Shown piece by piece: positions 25,615 to 35,550 of a DNA stretch of 64,000 nt. The position numbers and the translations under genes were made by a program. Every line of letters starts with the position of its first letter. The stretch's first letter is position 1. This DNA is from an uncultured virus (IMG/VR IMGVR_UViG_3300027887_000010). Taxonomy: Duplodnaviria; Heunggongvirae; Uroviricota; Caudoviricetes. Location: the IMG/VR virus record IMGVR_UViG_3300027887_000010; one strand, written 5' to 3'. The notes below the pieces were generated by a model. It had not been told where the DNA came from, made no database searches, and was given only the letters and a program-made list of their open reading frames with translations.

Positions 25615-28600
25615 ATGTCTGAAAGTATCGACATCAAAATTAGAGAAGACGGCTCACGTGTTGTTTCTCGTAGTCTAGATGGTATTGCTGTTAAAGCAGA
25701 AGTAGTTGAAAAATCCGTCAAGTCTATGAATAAGACTTTGGACGATAGTGCTAAGTCTGGAACTTCCCTCGATAGACTTAAAGGAATGCTTAATGATATT
25801 GATTCTTTCAATAGCACAATGGTTGATCGTTTTGGAAAGAATTTAACACAATACCGTACTACTCTAATGAAGCACTTTGATATGGTTTCTAACCAAGCAA
25901 AAGCTTCAGCTGCTAACATTAAAAAACAAATGGAAGTTTTAACCACTACACCTGAAGGGATTGGTGATCTTAATGAATTTTACCGCCAACAAGGTGAGGC
26001 ACATATTGCAGCTATTGTAAAAGAAATGGCTGCTGTAGAAGCAATTGAAAATGCATCTAATGAGAAACGACTTGCTTCCGCATTAAAAAATATTACAACT
26101 CGTGAAAAGTTCGAACAATCTTATACAACTTTTTGGGCAAAAGAACTTGCATCACGAGATGTTTTAGAGCAAAAGAGCATTGTTGAATCTGTTCGGAATT
26201 TAAAAGTAGCGGAAGAAGCTGAACGAAAATCAAGTGATGATAGATTAAAAACAGCATTAACCACAATTAAAGCTAGGCAATCTGCAGAAGAAGCTTATAC
26301 AACTTTTTGGATTCTTGAATTAAAGAAACGAGATGCTGCACAGGCTGCAAGTAATCTTAAGTCAGCACAACAACGTTCTAACATGCAAACTATGAATGTG
26401 GAACGTTTGGATAGGCGTCTTATTGCACCAGATCCAGGTACTTCTGATTTGGCTAAATATTATGCTGCTCAAGATACGAGTAAAAACCTTGGTCAAAAAA
26501 CTGGAAATCAATTAGCAGAAATGCAAGCCATGCAGCGGCAAATGGCTATGATGTCATTAATGCTCCCAATGGTTGAGCGTGAAATTGCACTAGGTAAAGA
26601 AGTAGAATTAACAGATAAAAGACAAATTGAAAACAAGAGGCTTCTTACTAAAGGAAACCAAGACTTAGCAGAAAGTTCAAGCAAAGCTGCTCATAATCAA
26701 CATATTTGGAATGCTGCTGGTAAAGAAGGTCATGCGGTTGCACGAGGTTTATCAGGTTCCCTTGGAACACTGTGGTTAACGTATGGCTCTTTAGCTCCTT
26801 TGTTAGCTGGTGCTGCAATTGGTTCTGCTTTTGTAGGTGTTGCAAAAGCTGGTTCTGAAATGGCCTATCAACTTGCATTTGTTAAGGCGCTTGGTGGTGA
26901 AAGCGCAGAAGCAATTCAAAGACTAAATGATCAAGCTGTTAAACTTAGTAAAGAAGGTGCATACGCTCCGAAAGAAATTGCAAGCGGTTATCGTATCTTA
27001 GCTCAAGCTGGTCTAGATGCAGCAGAATCCTTAAAGGTTATGCCAGATGTTCTAAACTTAGCAACTACAGGTGAGCTTAGTATGGAGCAAGCCGGTATTG
27101 CTGTTGTTGGAACATTAAATGCATTTAAATTAGGCGTTGAAGATTCAAGTCATGTTAGTGATTTGTTTGCTAAAGCGGCTGCTGTATCGCAAGCTAGTGT
27201 TGAGGATTTGACACAGTCTATGCGATACGCTTCAACTGTTGGTACTCAATATAAGCAAAACGTAGATGAAACAATGGCAGCATTGGCGTTACTTGCTAAA
27301 GTTAACATCACTGGAACATCTGCTGGTACAGCATATCGTAATATGTTGAAAGAACTTTTTACTCCAGCTGAAGCCGTTAGAAAGGAAATGGATAAGCTTG
27401 GAATAAGTATGCAAAAGACTGTTGAACAAGCAGACGGATCCAAAGTTCAAAAGGTTAAAAGCTTTGTTGAAATTATCAATGAGCTTCGTAAGAAGATGGA
27501 TAAGTTGGATGAACCATCACAGATGTCATTAAAAGGTTTCCTTGGAGGTGAGCGTGGATCCAAAGAAATGGTTGCAATGCTTGAACTCACTGAAAAAGAA
27601 TGGACAGATTTTTACGAAAGAATTAGTATTAAATCTGAAGGGTTTGCTAAAAAAGTTGCAGATGATATTAATAAGACTGCTAAAAATGAATGGAAGCAAG
27701 CCCTTAATGCGTTAGAAGCTGAATTAACTCAGACGTTCAAAGCAATGGAACCTGAGTTTATTGCGTTTGCTCAACAACTTAAAACTATCTTCCAAAGTGA
27801 AGAATTTAAGAGTACAATCAGATCTATTGCGGAGACAGTCTTATCTGTTGGAAAAGTATTTTTGGATCTTGCACCAATACTCTACGACCTTGCTAAAGCT
27901 TGGTTGGTACTCAAGGCTGCCCAGCTTGGTGCTGCGGCAGCTAGTGGGTTGGCCGCAGTCGCTACGAGCGCACAAGCTTTGGCCGCTGGTATGCTTGCTG
28001 CAAGCGGAGCAATGGGTCCAGTTGCTCGTGGTGTAACAATGCTGACACCTTTACTTGCTGCGATGGGTGGCCCTTTAACAATCATCTTGGGATTGTTGGC
28101 CGCAGGAGCGGCTGCATGGTTCCTGTGGGGTAAAGAAGCAGAAACTGCCTCTGGTAAAGCAATCAAATCAGCAGAAGCAAGATTAAAGCAACTTAAAGAA
28201 AATGCTAAATTTGGTGAAGGTGAATTAGGCGATGCTCGTAAAGAACTAGAGGTTCGTGAAACTAGGCTACAACACATGATTGCTGCCCGTCAAGGTGGTG
28301 ATAATCTACAAGAAGCTCGTAAAGCATTGGAACTTCAACAACAAATTGTAGATACTTTAGAACAACGTGAGTATGCTGCAATCAACGCAATTAAAGCGGA
28401 AACTCCAAAACCAGTGACGCCTCCTCGTGTTGGTACTGAAACATGGACACCGCCTCCAAAGACTACAGGTGGTGCAGGTCCTTCTGGTCGTCTTAATAAA
28501 GACGATGATGCACTTGCTAAACTTAAAGCACGTCTTGAAGTTTCTAAACAGGAATACGAACAAATTCAACTATACGGGCAAGCTAGATTTGAATTAAACG

Positions 28601-29808
28601 AAGGTCAAAAGAAAGCTCTTGAAATTCAAGAAAAGATGGTTGCTCTTGAAAAAATGAGCACATCCGAATTATTAGAAAAAGGAATTAAGGGACGTGCTGC
28701 TCAACTTCAATCATTTAAAGAGCAACTTGTTATTGCAACAGAACTTGGGGAACAGTTAAAGAAAAATGCCCTTGCTCGTGTAGATACTTCGTTGCAAGAA
28801 GAAGCTAGACTTGTTAGCTTACTTCCAGAAAAGCGAGAGGAAGAGAATAAGTTTCTTGTGTTTAGAAATCAGCTTTTAAAAGAAGGGATCCCTCTTGAAC
28901 AGATTGATTTAGATAAGTTACGTGAAAAAGTTGCAGCTCAAGCTGAATTAAATAGGCTCATGGCTATTCGTGATAATGTGGTCAGTAATTCTGCTGGAGA
29001 GACTTTAAAAAATACTAATCGAGATATTGCAGGTATTCAAGAGGCTGGTAACATTCCTGGAATTACAGAAGCAGATAAAAATGCGGCAACAATGGCTAAG
29101 ATGTCAGCTCTTGGTTTGGATATGAGTCAAACTGCGGAGTTTGTCAGTGCTCAAGAACAGCAGTTTGCAATATTAAATTCTCAGGTAGATGCTTATTATC
29201 AAGCTCGTTTAATTGGGGAAGAAACTTTCCGCATGGCAAAGGCTCAGATTCAATTAAAGTATGAGCAAATTGAACTTGATCAAGCAAGTACATTCTTTAG
29301 AGGTTTAGCTGGTTTAGCCAATTCAGGAAACCGTAAGTTAGCTGCTGTTGGTAAAGCTGCGGCAATTACAGAAGCAACAATTCAAGGTTATGTTCAAGTA
29401 TCAAAAGCTTTAGCTTCATCACCACCTCCGATGAATTATGCCCTCGCGGCAGCGGCGGCTGTTTCTGCTGCAATGCAAGTTTCTAAAATTATGAGTGTGA
29501 ATACAGCCTTTGCAACGGGTGGATCGTTTATGGTTGGTGGTAGTGGTGGTGTAGATAGTCAGAACGTTGCATTCAGAGCTTCACCTGGCGAAAAAGTTAC
29601 AGTTTCTACTCCAACTCAAGTTCGTAAGGGTGATGAACTTAACGAAGGAAAATCCAAGCAAGCTGGAAATGCAATTAATCAAAAAATTATCAATGTTATT
29701 GATCCTGCTATGTTAAGTGATTATTTATCGTCACCAGAAGGCGAACAGGTTCTTGTGAATACCATTCGTAGAAATTCATCAAGCATTGGAAGCGCAATAT
29801 ATGGCTAA
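25615..29808 (+). CDS. Tail tape measure protein
   Basis: About 1400 aa, helical, with TP901-type core and C-terminal FATGG motif. Confidence 0.9.
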   Translation: MSESIDIKIREDGSRVVSRSLDGIAVKAEVVEKSVKSMNKTLDDSAKSGTSLDRLKGMLNDIDSFNSTMVDRFGKNLTQYRTTLMKHFDMVSNQAKASAANIKKQMEVLTTTPEGIGDLNEFYRQQGEAHIAAIVKEMAAVEAIENASNEKRLASALKNITTREKFEQSYTTFWAKELASRDVLEQKSIVESVRNLKVAEEAERKSSDDRLKTALTTIKARQSAEEAYTTFWILELKKRDAAQAASNLKSAQQRSNMQTMNVERLDRRLIAPDPGTSDLAKYYAAQDTSKNLGQKTGNQLAEMQAMQRQMAMMSLMLPMVEREIALGKEVELTDKRQIENKRLLTKGNQDLAESSSKAAHNQHIWNAAGKEGHAVARGLSGSLGTLWLTYGSLAPLLAGAAIGSAFVGVAKAGSEMAYQLAFVKALGGESAEAIQRLNDQAVKLSKEGAYAPKEIASGYRILAQAGLDAAESLKVMPDVLNLATTGELSMEQAGIAVVGTLNAFKLGVEDSSHVSDLFAKAAAVSQASVEDLTQSMRYASTVGTQYKQNVDETMAALALLAKVNITGTSAGTAYRNMLKELFTPAEAVRKEMDKLGISMQKTVEQADGSKVQKVKSFVEIINELRKKMDKLDEPSQMSLKGFLGGERGSKEMVAMLELTEKEWTDFYERISIKSEGFAKKVADDINKTAKNEWKQALNALEAELTQTFKAMEPEFIAFAQQLKTIFQSEEFKSTIRSIAETVLSVGKVFLDLAPILYDLAKAWLVLKAAQLGAAAASGLAAVATSAQALAAGMLAASGAMGPVARGVTMLTPLLAAMGGPLTIILGLLAAGAAAWFLWGKEAETASGKAIKSAEARLKQLKENAKFGEGELGDARKELEVRETRLQHMIAARQGGDNLQEARKALELQQQIVDTLEQREYAAINAIKAETPKPVTPPRVGTETWTPPPKTTGGAGPSGRLNKDDDALAKLKARLEVSKQEYEQIQLYGQARFELNEGQKKALEIQEKMVALEKMSTSELLEKGIKGRAAQLQSFKEQLVIATELGEQLKKNALARVDTSLQEEARLVSLLPEKREEENKFLVFRNQLLKEGIPLEQIDLDKLREKVAAQAELNRLMAIRDNVVSNSAGETLKNTNRDIAGIQEAGNIPGITEADKNAATMAKMSALGLDMSQTAEFVSAQEQQFAILNSQVDAYYQARLIGEETFRMAKAQIQLKYEQIELDQASTFFRGLAGLANSGNRKLAAVGKAAAITEATIQGYVQVSKALASSPPPMNYALAAAAAVSAAMQVSKIMSVNTAFATGGSFMVGGSGGVDSQNVAFRASPGEKVTVSTPTQVRKGDELNEGKSKQAGNAINQKIINVIDPAMLSDYLSSPEGEQVLVNTIRRNSSSIGSAIYG

Positions 29809-30955
29809 GATAACCACAGTTCTTTTTGGTGATTTAGCTTTATTAGAATTTCAGCCAGAGGCACCAGCTAACGAAGTTTTAGAATTCTTAACGGATATTC
29901 TGGACTCCCGGAACGGTACTGAACAAAGACTTCAACTTCGTTCAATGCCACGTCAAATTGTTAATTATACGTATCCTCTTCAAATTTGGAACATTGCTTG
30001 TTCCTTTAATACATCTTATGGGGCAATTGGAAAAAAGTGGGCTATTCCAATATGGTCCGAAGCTCAATACGTTGGGACAATAAATTCTTCTGCTCCAAGC
30101 ATTACTTGTAACACAACCTTATACGACTTACGGGCCAACTCCTTAGCTTTCTTATACGCCGGGCCAAATTCGTGGCAAATTGTTGAAATTGGAACAATTT
30201 CAGGAACTTCCATCAATGTCACGAATTCATTGGATTATATGGCGAATTGTTATCTTCTTCCTGTAAGGCTTGGTTGGGTTGAGGGTCAAATAAATAGTTC
30301 TACAAATGGTTTCAATAAAAAGACAACTGTTGCGTTTGAGATTGAAGATCCTTTGGCCAGCACTCCCTCTGCCCCAACACAATATCTTGGAAACGATATT
30401 TATTACACCCCTCCGTTATTAAGTAATGATAATCTATCAAGATCAATTCAGATCCAAATGGAAAAAATGGACGGGGAACTTGGAATTATAAGGCGCCAGT
30501 TCCCTTGGCTAAATGCAAAATACGGTTCTGGATATAATACAATTACAATAAATCGTACAGAATACATAACTTACAGGAATTTTCTTTATAGGAGAGCTGG
30601 AAAGTTTAGACAGTTCTGGATGCCCACATTTGAACAAAATTTAAGACTTGTAAGTACAGGAACAATTACAACTACAATTCTTATAGAAGGTGACGATTTT
30701 AACAGTTATACCTTTAGACCAAATATTGCAATTTTGGCAAATGGAGTATGGTATCCTCGCATTATTTCTAACCCAACAGTCCAAGCTTTAAATCGCTTAC
30801 AATTAACTTTGAATACAGCACTAAACATTCCCGCCTCCCAAGTAACAACAATTTGTTATCTTGGTTTAAATAGGCTTAATACCGATAGAATAGAAATGCA
30901 ATGGTCACAGGGAATTATGGAATCCCAAATTAATATTCTGGAATTAGCCCCGTGA
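29801..30955 (+). CDS. Tail tip / distal tail protein
   Basis: E.LE.LTDIL.S..GTEQR..LR..PR; F....G....FWMPT. Confidence 0.65.
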   Translation: MAKITTVLFGDLALLEFQPEAPANEVLEFLTDILDSRNGTEQRLQLRSMPRQIVNYTYPLQIWNIACSFNTSYGAIGKKWAIPIWSEAQYVGTINSSAPSITCNTTLYDLRANSLAFLYAGPNSWQIVEIGTISGTSINVTNSLDYMANCYLLPVRLGWVEGQINSSTNGFNKKTTVAFEIEDPLASTPSAPTQYLGNDIYYTPPLLSNDNLSRSIQIQMEKMDGELGIIRRQFPWLNAKYGSGYNTITINRTEYITYRNFLYRRAGKFRQFWMPTFEQNLRLVSTGTITTTILIEGDDFNSYTFRPNIAILANGVWYPRIISNPTVQALNRLQLTLNTALNIPASQVTTICYLGLNRLNTDRIEMQWSQGIMESQINILELAP

Positions 30956-31737
30956 GTCAGCCTAAAGAACTTTATAGGTTTGTCGAAGGTGCTACTGTCT
31001 GGACACTCACCAGCGGGGATGCTTCGGTTACTTATAATTCGGAAACCTACACTCCCGAAGCTATTTCAAGGACTGAAGCGGAATCAAAAGGGGAATTGGC
31101 TAAGTCCAACATTCAGGTTAAATTAGATATAGATAACGTAATGGCAAGACGATGGCTTACAGAAGTTATTGACGCTGTTGTCTCTTTAACTCTATTTTCG
31201 AGTGATAGTGGTACAACAATTTCAATTTGGAAAGGCAGATTAAGTTCTGTAAAACCAGATACAAATACAATAAGTCTCGTTTTTGAAAGTATTTTTACAT
31301 CCTTAAGAAGACCGGGCTTACGGTTAAAATTTCAGAGAAACTGTCCACATTCGCACTATGGAAGAGGTTGCGGACTTAATAAAGAATCTTGGGATATATC
31401 CGGAACGGTTAGTGCTGTAACGGAAATTACTGTGGTCATGCCCGTCGCGGCTGGTTATGCAGATGGACATTTTACAGCGGGCATGATCGAAGCTCCGGAT
31501 GGAAGCTTACGTTTTATAACAAGCCACGTTGGTTCAACTTTAACGATGATTCGTAAAGTTCAATCCATATTAGATCAATTTGCCCTTGTTGGGCCTGGTG
31601 TAATGTCTCTTAGAATTTTTCCAGGTTGTGATAGAACACCTTCAACTTGTTTGACAAAGTTCAATAATTTGGCAAATAACGGGGCTTGTCCGTTTATACC
31701 ATTAAAGAATCCTTTCGGTGGTACATCGATTGTATAG
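30952..31737 (+). CDS. Tail tip protein (DUF2163/BR0599-like, Cys cluster)
   Basis: C....YG.GC and PGCD.T..TC..KF.N..N.G..PFIP..NPF. Confidence 0.8.
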   Translation: MSQPKELYRFVEGATVWTLTSGDASVTYNSETYTPEAISRTEAESKGELAKSNIQVKLDIDNVMARRWLTEVIDAVVSLTLFSSDSGTTISIWKGRLSSVKPDTNTISLVFESIFTSLRRPGLRLKFQRNCPHSHYGRGCGLNKESWDISGTVSAVTEITVVMPVAAGYADGHFTAGMIEAPDGSLRFITSHVGSTLTMIRKVQSILDQFALVGPGVMSLRIFPGCDRTPSTCLTKFNNLANNGACPFIPLKNPFGGTSIV

Positions 31738-31745
31738 AGGTTAAT

Positions 31746-31973
31746 ATGTGGTGGTATATCATAGTCTTTATTGTTGCGTTAGTAATTTCTTACGCAATGA
31801 TGCCAAAGTCGGAACCTCAAAACTCAAAACCTGGAAACGTTGATTCGCCTACAGCCGAAGAAGGTGGGGATGTACCTGTTTTATTTGGAACAAGAACTAT
31901 ACAACGTCAGAATATTGTATGGTATGGGGATGTCTCGACTAAAGCTATTAAGAAAAAGGGCGGTAAGAAATGA
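31746..31973 (+). CDS. Small tail assembly protein
   Basis: TM N-terminus, PTAEEG..VPVLFGT, WYGD. Confidence 0.7.
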   Translation: MWWYIIVFIVALVISYAMMPKSEPQNSKPGNVDSPTAEEGGDVPVLFGTRTIQRQNIVWYGDVSTKAIKKKGGKK

Positions 31974-32167
31974 CCGATATAGTTAAAGTTCGGATGCTCC
32001 ATGTGAGAAAAGTTCATATGTGTAGTAGTGGAAGTCGCGACTTTTTTAAGAAACATAATTTAGATTGGCAAAAATTCTTGGATGAAGGTTTAGATTCTGA
32101 TATAATTGAAGCAACGGGTGATCCAATGGCTTTATCCGTTGTGGAGGTAGCTAGAAATGGGCAGTAG
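31970..32167 (+). CDS. Small tail-associated protein
   Basis: C..G.R.FF..H.LDW..F..G motif. Confidence 0.7.
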   Translation: MTDIVKVRMLHVRKVHMCSSGSRDFFKKHNLDWQKFLDEGLDSDIIEATGDPMALSVVEVARNGQ

Positions 32168-35102
32168 TTCTAAAAAAGTAACAGTCGGTTATAAGTATTA
32201 TGTCGGTATGCACATGATACTTTGCCAAGGCCCTATTGATAAACTTTTTCAGATTAAAGTTGCAGATAAGGTAGCTTGGACTGGAGATTTTTCAGGGGGC
32301 GCTCTTGCATTATATAATCTGGAACTTTTTGGAGGGGAAAGTCGAGAAGGTGGTGTTGCTGGCCAGGTTGACTTTGAACCAGGCGGACCATCCCAAGGGC
32401 AAAATAGCTATCTTGTATCTAAATTAGGACCCCTTGTTCCAAATTTTAGAGGAATGGCTGGTATTGTTCTGCGTAAGATGTATATGGGGCTTAACCCATA
32501 TTTAAAGACGTGGAGTTTTAAAGTAAAAAGAATTCATACAAGGCAAAATGGAATTGCCCAATGGTATGATGCTAAGGCTGGAATTGGTTCTACTAAAACT
32601 AGAGTTCCTGCAATTTCACCGGATCCTTGGTATGTTCAACCAACAACGGATTGGTTTATCATTGGGGCGGGGATCGAGACTAGCGGGGGTTATACACAAT
32701 ATCAAGGATGGTTTACTGGTTATATAGATAGTCTTCGTGTTACTAGAAACGTTGGTAGATATACGGGCACGGAATTTACAGTACCTTCTACACAATTTGA
32801 AAATTCTGCCCTTGATCCATATTGGGACGATGTTGTAACCCTCCTTCTTTTCGAAGGTGCAAATAACGATACTTTCACAACGTGTGAAAAAGGTCATACC
32901 ACTACAATGTATAGTGGGGCTAAAATTTCAACAGAACAGTCTAAATTTGGAAATTCCAGTGGAAAGTTTGATAGAACATTAGCATCTTGGGTCAAAACTG
33001 TTGTTGGTTCTGGAAATGTTGATTTGGGGTCTGAGTTTACAATTGAAGCTTGGATATATGAGACAAGTCGTACATCAAGTGGATATGGAAATTCTATTTT
33101 TTCTTACGGACCGACTTCTACACCAAATAACGATACAACTGTAGTCATTGGAGGAGGTCTTGGTTTTATAATGAGGGGTCCTAGTATTCCTCCAGTCCCA
33201 GACTATGACGCTTATTCTAATATTGAAACTGTTCCCCTTAATAAATGGGTTCATGTCGCTGTTGTAAGAAAGTACGGGCAGATTTGGTTATACATAGATG
33301 GTAAATTAGCAACAGGCACTGTCATTGAATCAGATATGAATCCTGCCCATATTATTCGGGAATGTTTAACAGATCCCTATTGGGGTATGGGTTATCAAGA
33401 CGCGGATATAGATGACACAAGTTTTACATTAGCAGCTGATACATTGTATTCAGAAGGTATGGGGATGTCTCTTCTTTGGGAGTCTCAAACCTCCATAGAA
33501 GATTTTATTAAATCCATTACAAAACATATTGATGCTGCTGTATATGTGGATATAAGCACTGGTAAATTTGTCTTAAAATTGATAAGGGATGATTACTCTA
33601 TTGGTAGTCTAATAACCCTCAATGAGAGCAATATTGATAAAATTTCAGATTTTTCACGTCCACAATTTGGGGAACTTACAAATTCAATAACGGTAACTTA
33701 TTGGGACATGCTCACCGAAAAAGATGCGACAATAACAATTGCCGATTCCGCATTGGTACAGATGCAGAATTGTACAATTAATGCATCAATCCAATATCCC
33801 GGATTTACAAATGTAACAATAGCTTCTAAGGTCGCCCAACGAGATTTAAAAACTTTATCTACACCGCTAATTACCTGTACGATCTACACCAATAAAGATG
33901 CAGCAAGTCTTAATATCGGTAAGACATTTAAATTAACATGGCCAGATTATGACCTTACAGACGTAGTAATGAGAGTGACAGGAATTGGATTTGGGGATGG
34001 TAAATCTAATCGAATAAGACTTCAATGTGTTCAAGATGTTTTTTCTACCCCATCTACAGCATTCATTCCATATAGCCCCCCTGCTTGGGTGGATCCTGTA
34101 CAACCCCCTACACCATGTCCATTTATTGATGTATTTGAAGCGCCATATCTAGAACTTGTCCAACTCCTAGGGCAATCTACAATAGACTCTAATATTACAA
34201 CAGAACCAAATATTGGATATATTGGTGTTGGTGCTATTAGACCAGGCAATTCGGTAAATTCCAGACTCTTTACAGATAACGGATCCGGATATTTGGAAAG
34301 AGTAACTTTAGATTATAGCCCAGGAGCTCGACTTAACGGAGCAATTATACAAACAGATACAACTTTTCCAATTGACGGGGGAGTTGACCTAGATACTGTT
34401 ACACTAGGCACATGGGCAGAAATTGACAATGAGATTGTCTGCGTTACAGCTTTAAACGACACTTCTATCACTGTAAAACGAGGTTGTTTAGACACATTAC
34501 CTGCCCTTCACGCGGATAATACCTATATTGTATTCTGGGACGAATACGGAGAAGGTGACCAAATAGAATATGTAACATCCGACACAGTTAATATCAAAGT
34601 CTGCCCTGTTACAGGGGATGGTATATTATCTTTATCGGAGGTCACACCAAAAACTGTGGTCATGGGAGCAAGAGCTGTAAGACCATATCCTCCTGCAAAT
34701 ATTAAAATTGCCGGTTCCTATTATCCAGCATCCCTTATTGATTCCCCTATCTCTATGACATGGAATCATAGGGATAGAAAGCAACAAACCGCTGGAATTA
34801 TTGGATTTACAGAAGCTAGTATTGGACCGGAAGCTGGTGTGACCTATTCTATCCGATTATATAACCACATTACAAGCGCATTACTTCACTCTGTAGATAA
34901 TTTAACTGGAACTTCCTATTCAAGTTTTCCTAGTTTCACAGGGGATTATACTTTAAGACTTGAAATGTGGTCCATTAGATCTACATACCAATGTTTTCAG
35001 AAATATGTACATACGTTTAGTTATTTGAATACGACTTATCTCTTAACGGAGAGTTCCGATAACTACATTACCGAATCCGGTGACTTTATTACAATGGAGT
35101 AG
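32157..35102 (+). CDS. Central tail hub/fibre (gpJ-like) with inserted LamG-like domain
   Basis: VGYKYY.GMH, LFGGE.REGG, DMNPAHIIRECLT..WGMG, RA.RPYPP. Confidence 0.85.
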   Translation: MGSSSKKVTVGYKYYVGMHMILCQGPIDKLFQIKVADKVAWTGDFSGGALALYNLELFGGESREGGVAGQVDFEPGGPSQGQNSYLVSKLGPLVPNFRGMAGIVLRKMYMGLNPYLKTWSFKVKRIHTRQNGIAQWYDAKAGIGSTKTRVPAISPDPWYVQPTTDWFIIGAGIETSGGYTQYQGWFTGYIDSLRVTRNVGRYTGTEFTVPSTQFENSALDPYWDDVVTLLLFEGANNDTFTTCEKGHTTTMYSGAKISTEQSKFGNSSGKFDRTLASWVKTVVGSGNVDLGSEFTIEAWIYETSRTSSGYGNSIFSYGPTSTPNNDTTVVIGGGLGFIMRGPSIPPVPDYDAYSNIETVPLNKWVHVAVVRKYGQIWLYIDGKLATGTVIESDMNPAHIIRECLTDPYWGMGYQDADIDDTSFTLAADTLYSEGMGMSLLWESQTSIEDFIKSITKHIDAAVYVDISTGKFVLKLIRDDYSIGSLITLNESNIDKISDFSRPQFGELTNSITVTYWDMLTEKDATITIADSALVQMQNCTINASIQYPGFTNVTIASKVAQRDLKTLSTPLITCTIYTNKDAASLNIGKTFKLTWPDYDLTDVVMRVTGIGFGDGKSNRIRLQCVQDVFSTPSTAFIPYSPPAWVDPVQPPTPCPFIDVFEAPYLELVQLLGQSTIDSNITTEPNIGYIGVGAIRPGNSVNSRLFTDNGSGYLERVTLDYSPGARLNGAIIQTDTTFPIDGGVDLDTVTLGTWAEIDNEIVCVTALNDTSITVKRGCLDTLPALHADNTYIVFWDEYGEGDQIEYVTSDTVNIKVCPVTGDGILSLSEVTPKTVVMGARAVRPYPPANIKIAGSYYPASLIDSPISMTWNHRDRKQQTAGIIGFTEASIGPEAGVTYSIRLYNHITSALLHSVDNLTGTSYSSFPSFTGDYTLRLEMWSIRSTYQCFQKYVHTFSYLNTTYLLTESSDNYITESGDFITME

Positions 35103-35106
35103 TCAA

Positions 35107-35550
35107 ATGGCTAATAAAAGAGTATCAGAATTAACATCGGCCGCTGCAATGACAGGTGACGAAGTTCTGCCGGTTGTTCAAAGTGCGTTGAGTTACAAGG
35201 CAACGGTCAAGGAAATTGTTAAATATGGATATCAGTCTATTTTAACAGATTCTGCATCAACTAAGACTTTAGCTTTAACCGACAGAGGTCAGTGGATAAG
35301 ATTTACAAATGCAACATCTGCGGCATTAACAGTTCCATTAAATTCTGTTGTAGCTTTTGGAATTGGGGAAGTTCTTAACTTTATCCAAGCTAATACAGGA
35401 CAAGTTACAATTACAGGTTCTGGTGGTGTCACTATTAATAAACCTTCTGGTTATAATGCAAAAACTCGAGCGCAAGGGGCCCCGTTTGCTCTAATTAAAA
35501 TTGCTACAGATTCTTGGGATCTTGTTGGCGATTTGGAGGCTACAGTATAA
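35107..35550 (+). CDS. Tail fibre-associated protein
   Basis: K..SEL.......G.E..P.VQ N-terminus; W.L.GDL C-terminus. Confidence 0.6.
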   Translation: MANKRVSELTSAAAMTGDEVLPVVQSALSYKATVKEIVKYGYQSILTDSASTKTLALTDRGQWIRFTNATSAALTVPLNSVVAFGIGEVLNFIQANTGQVTITGSGGVTINKPSGYNAKTRAQGAPFALIKIATDSWDLVGDLEATV

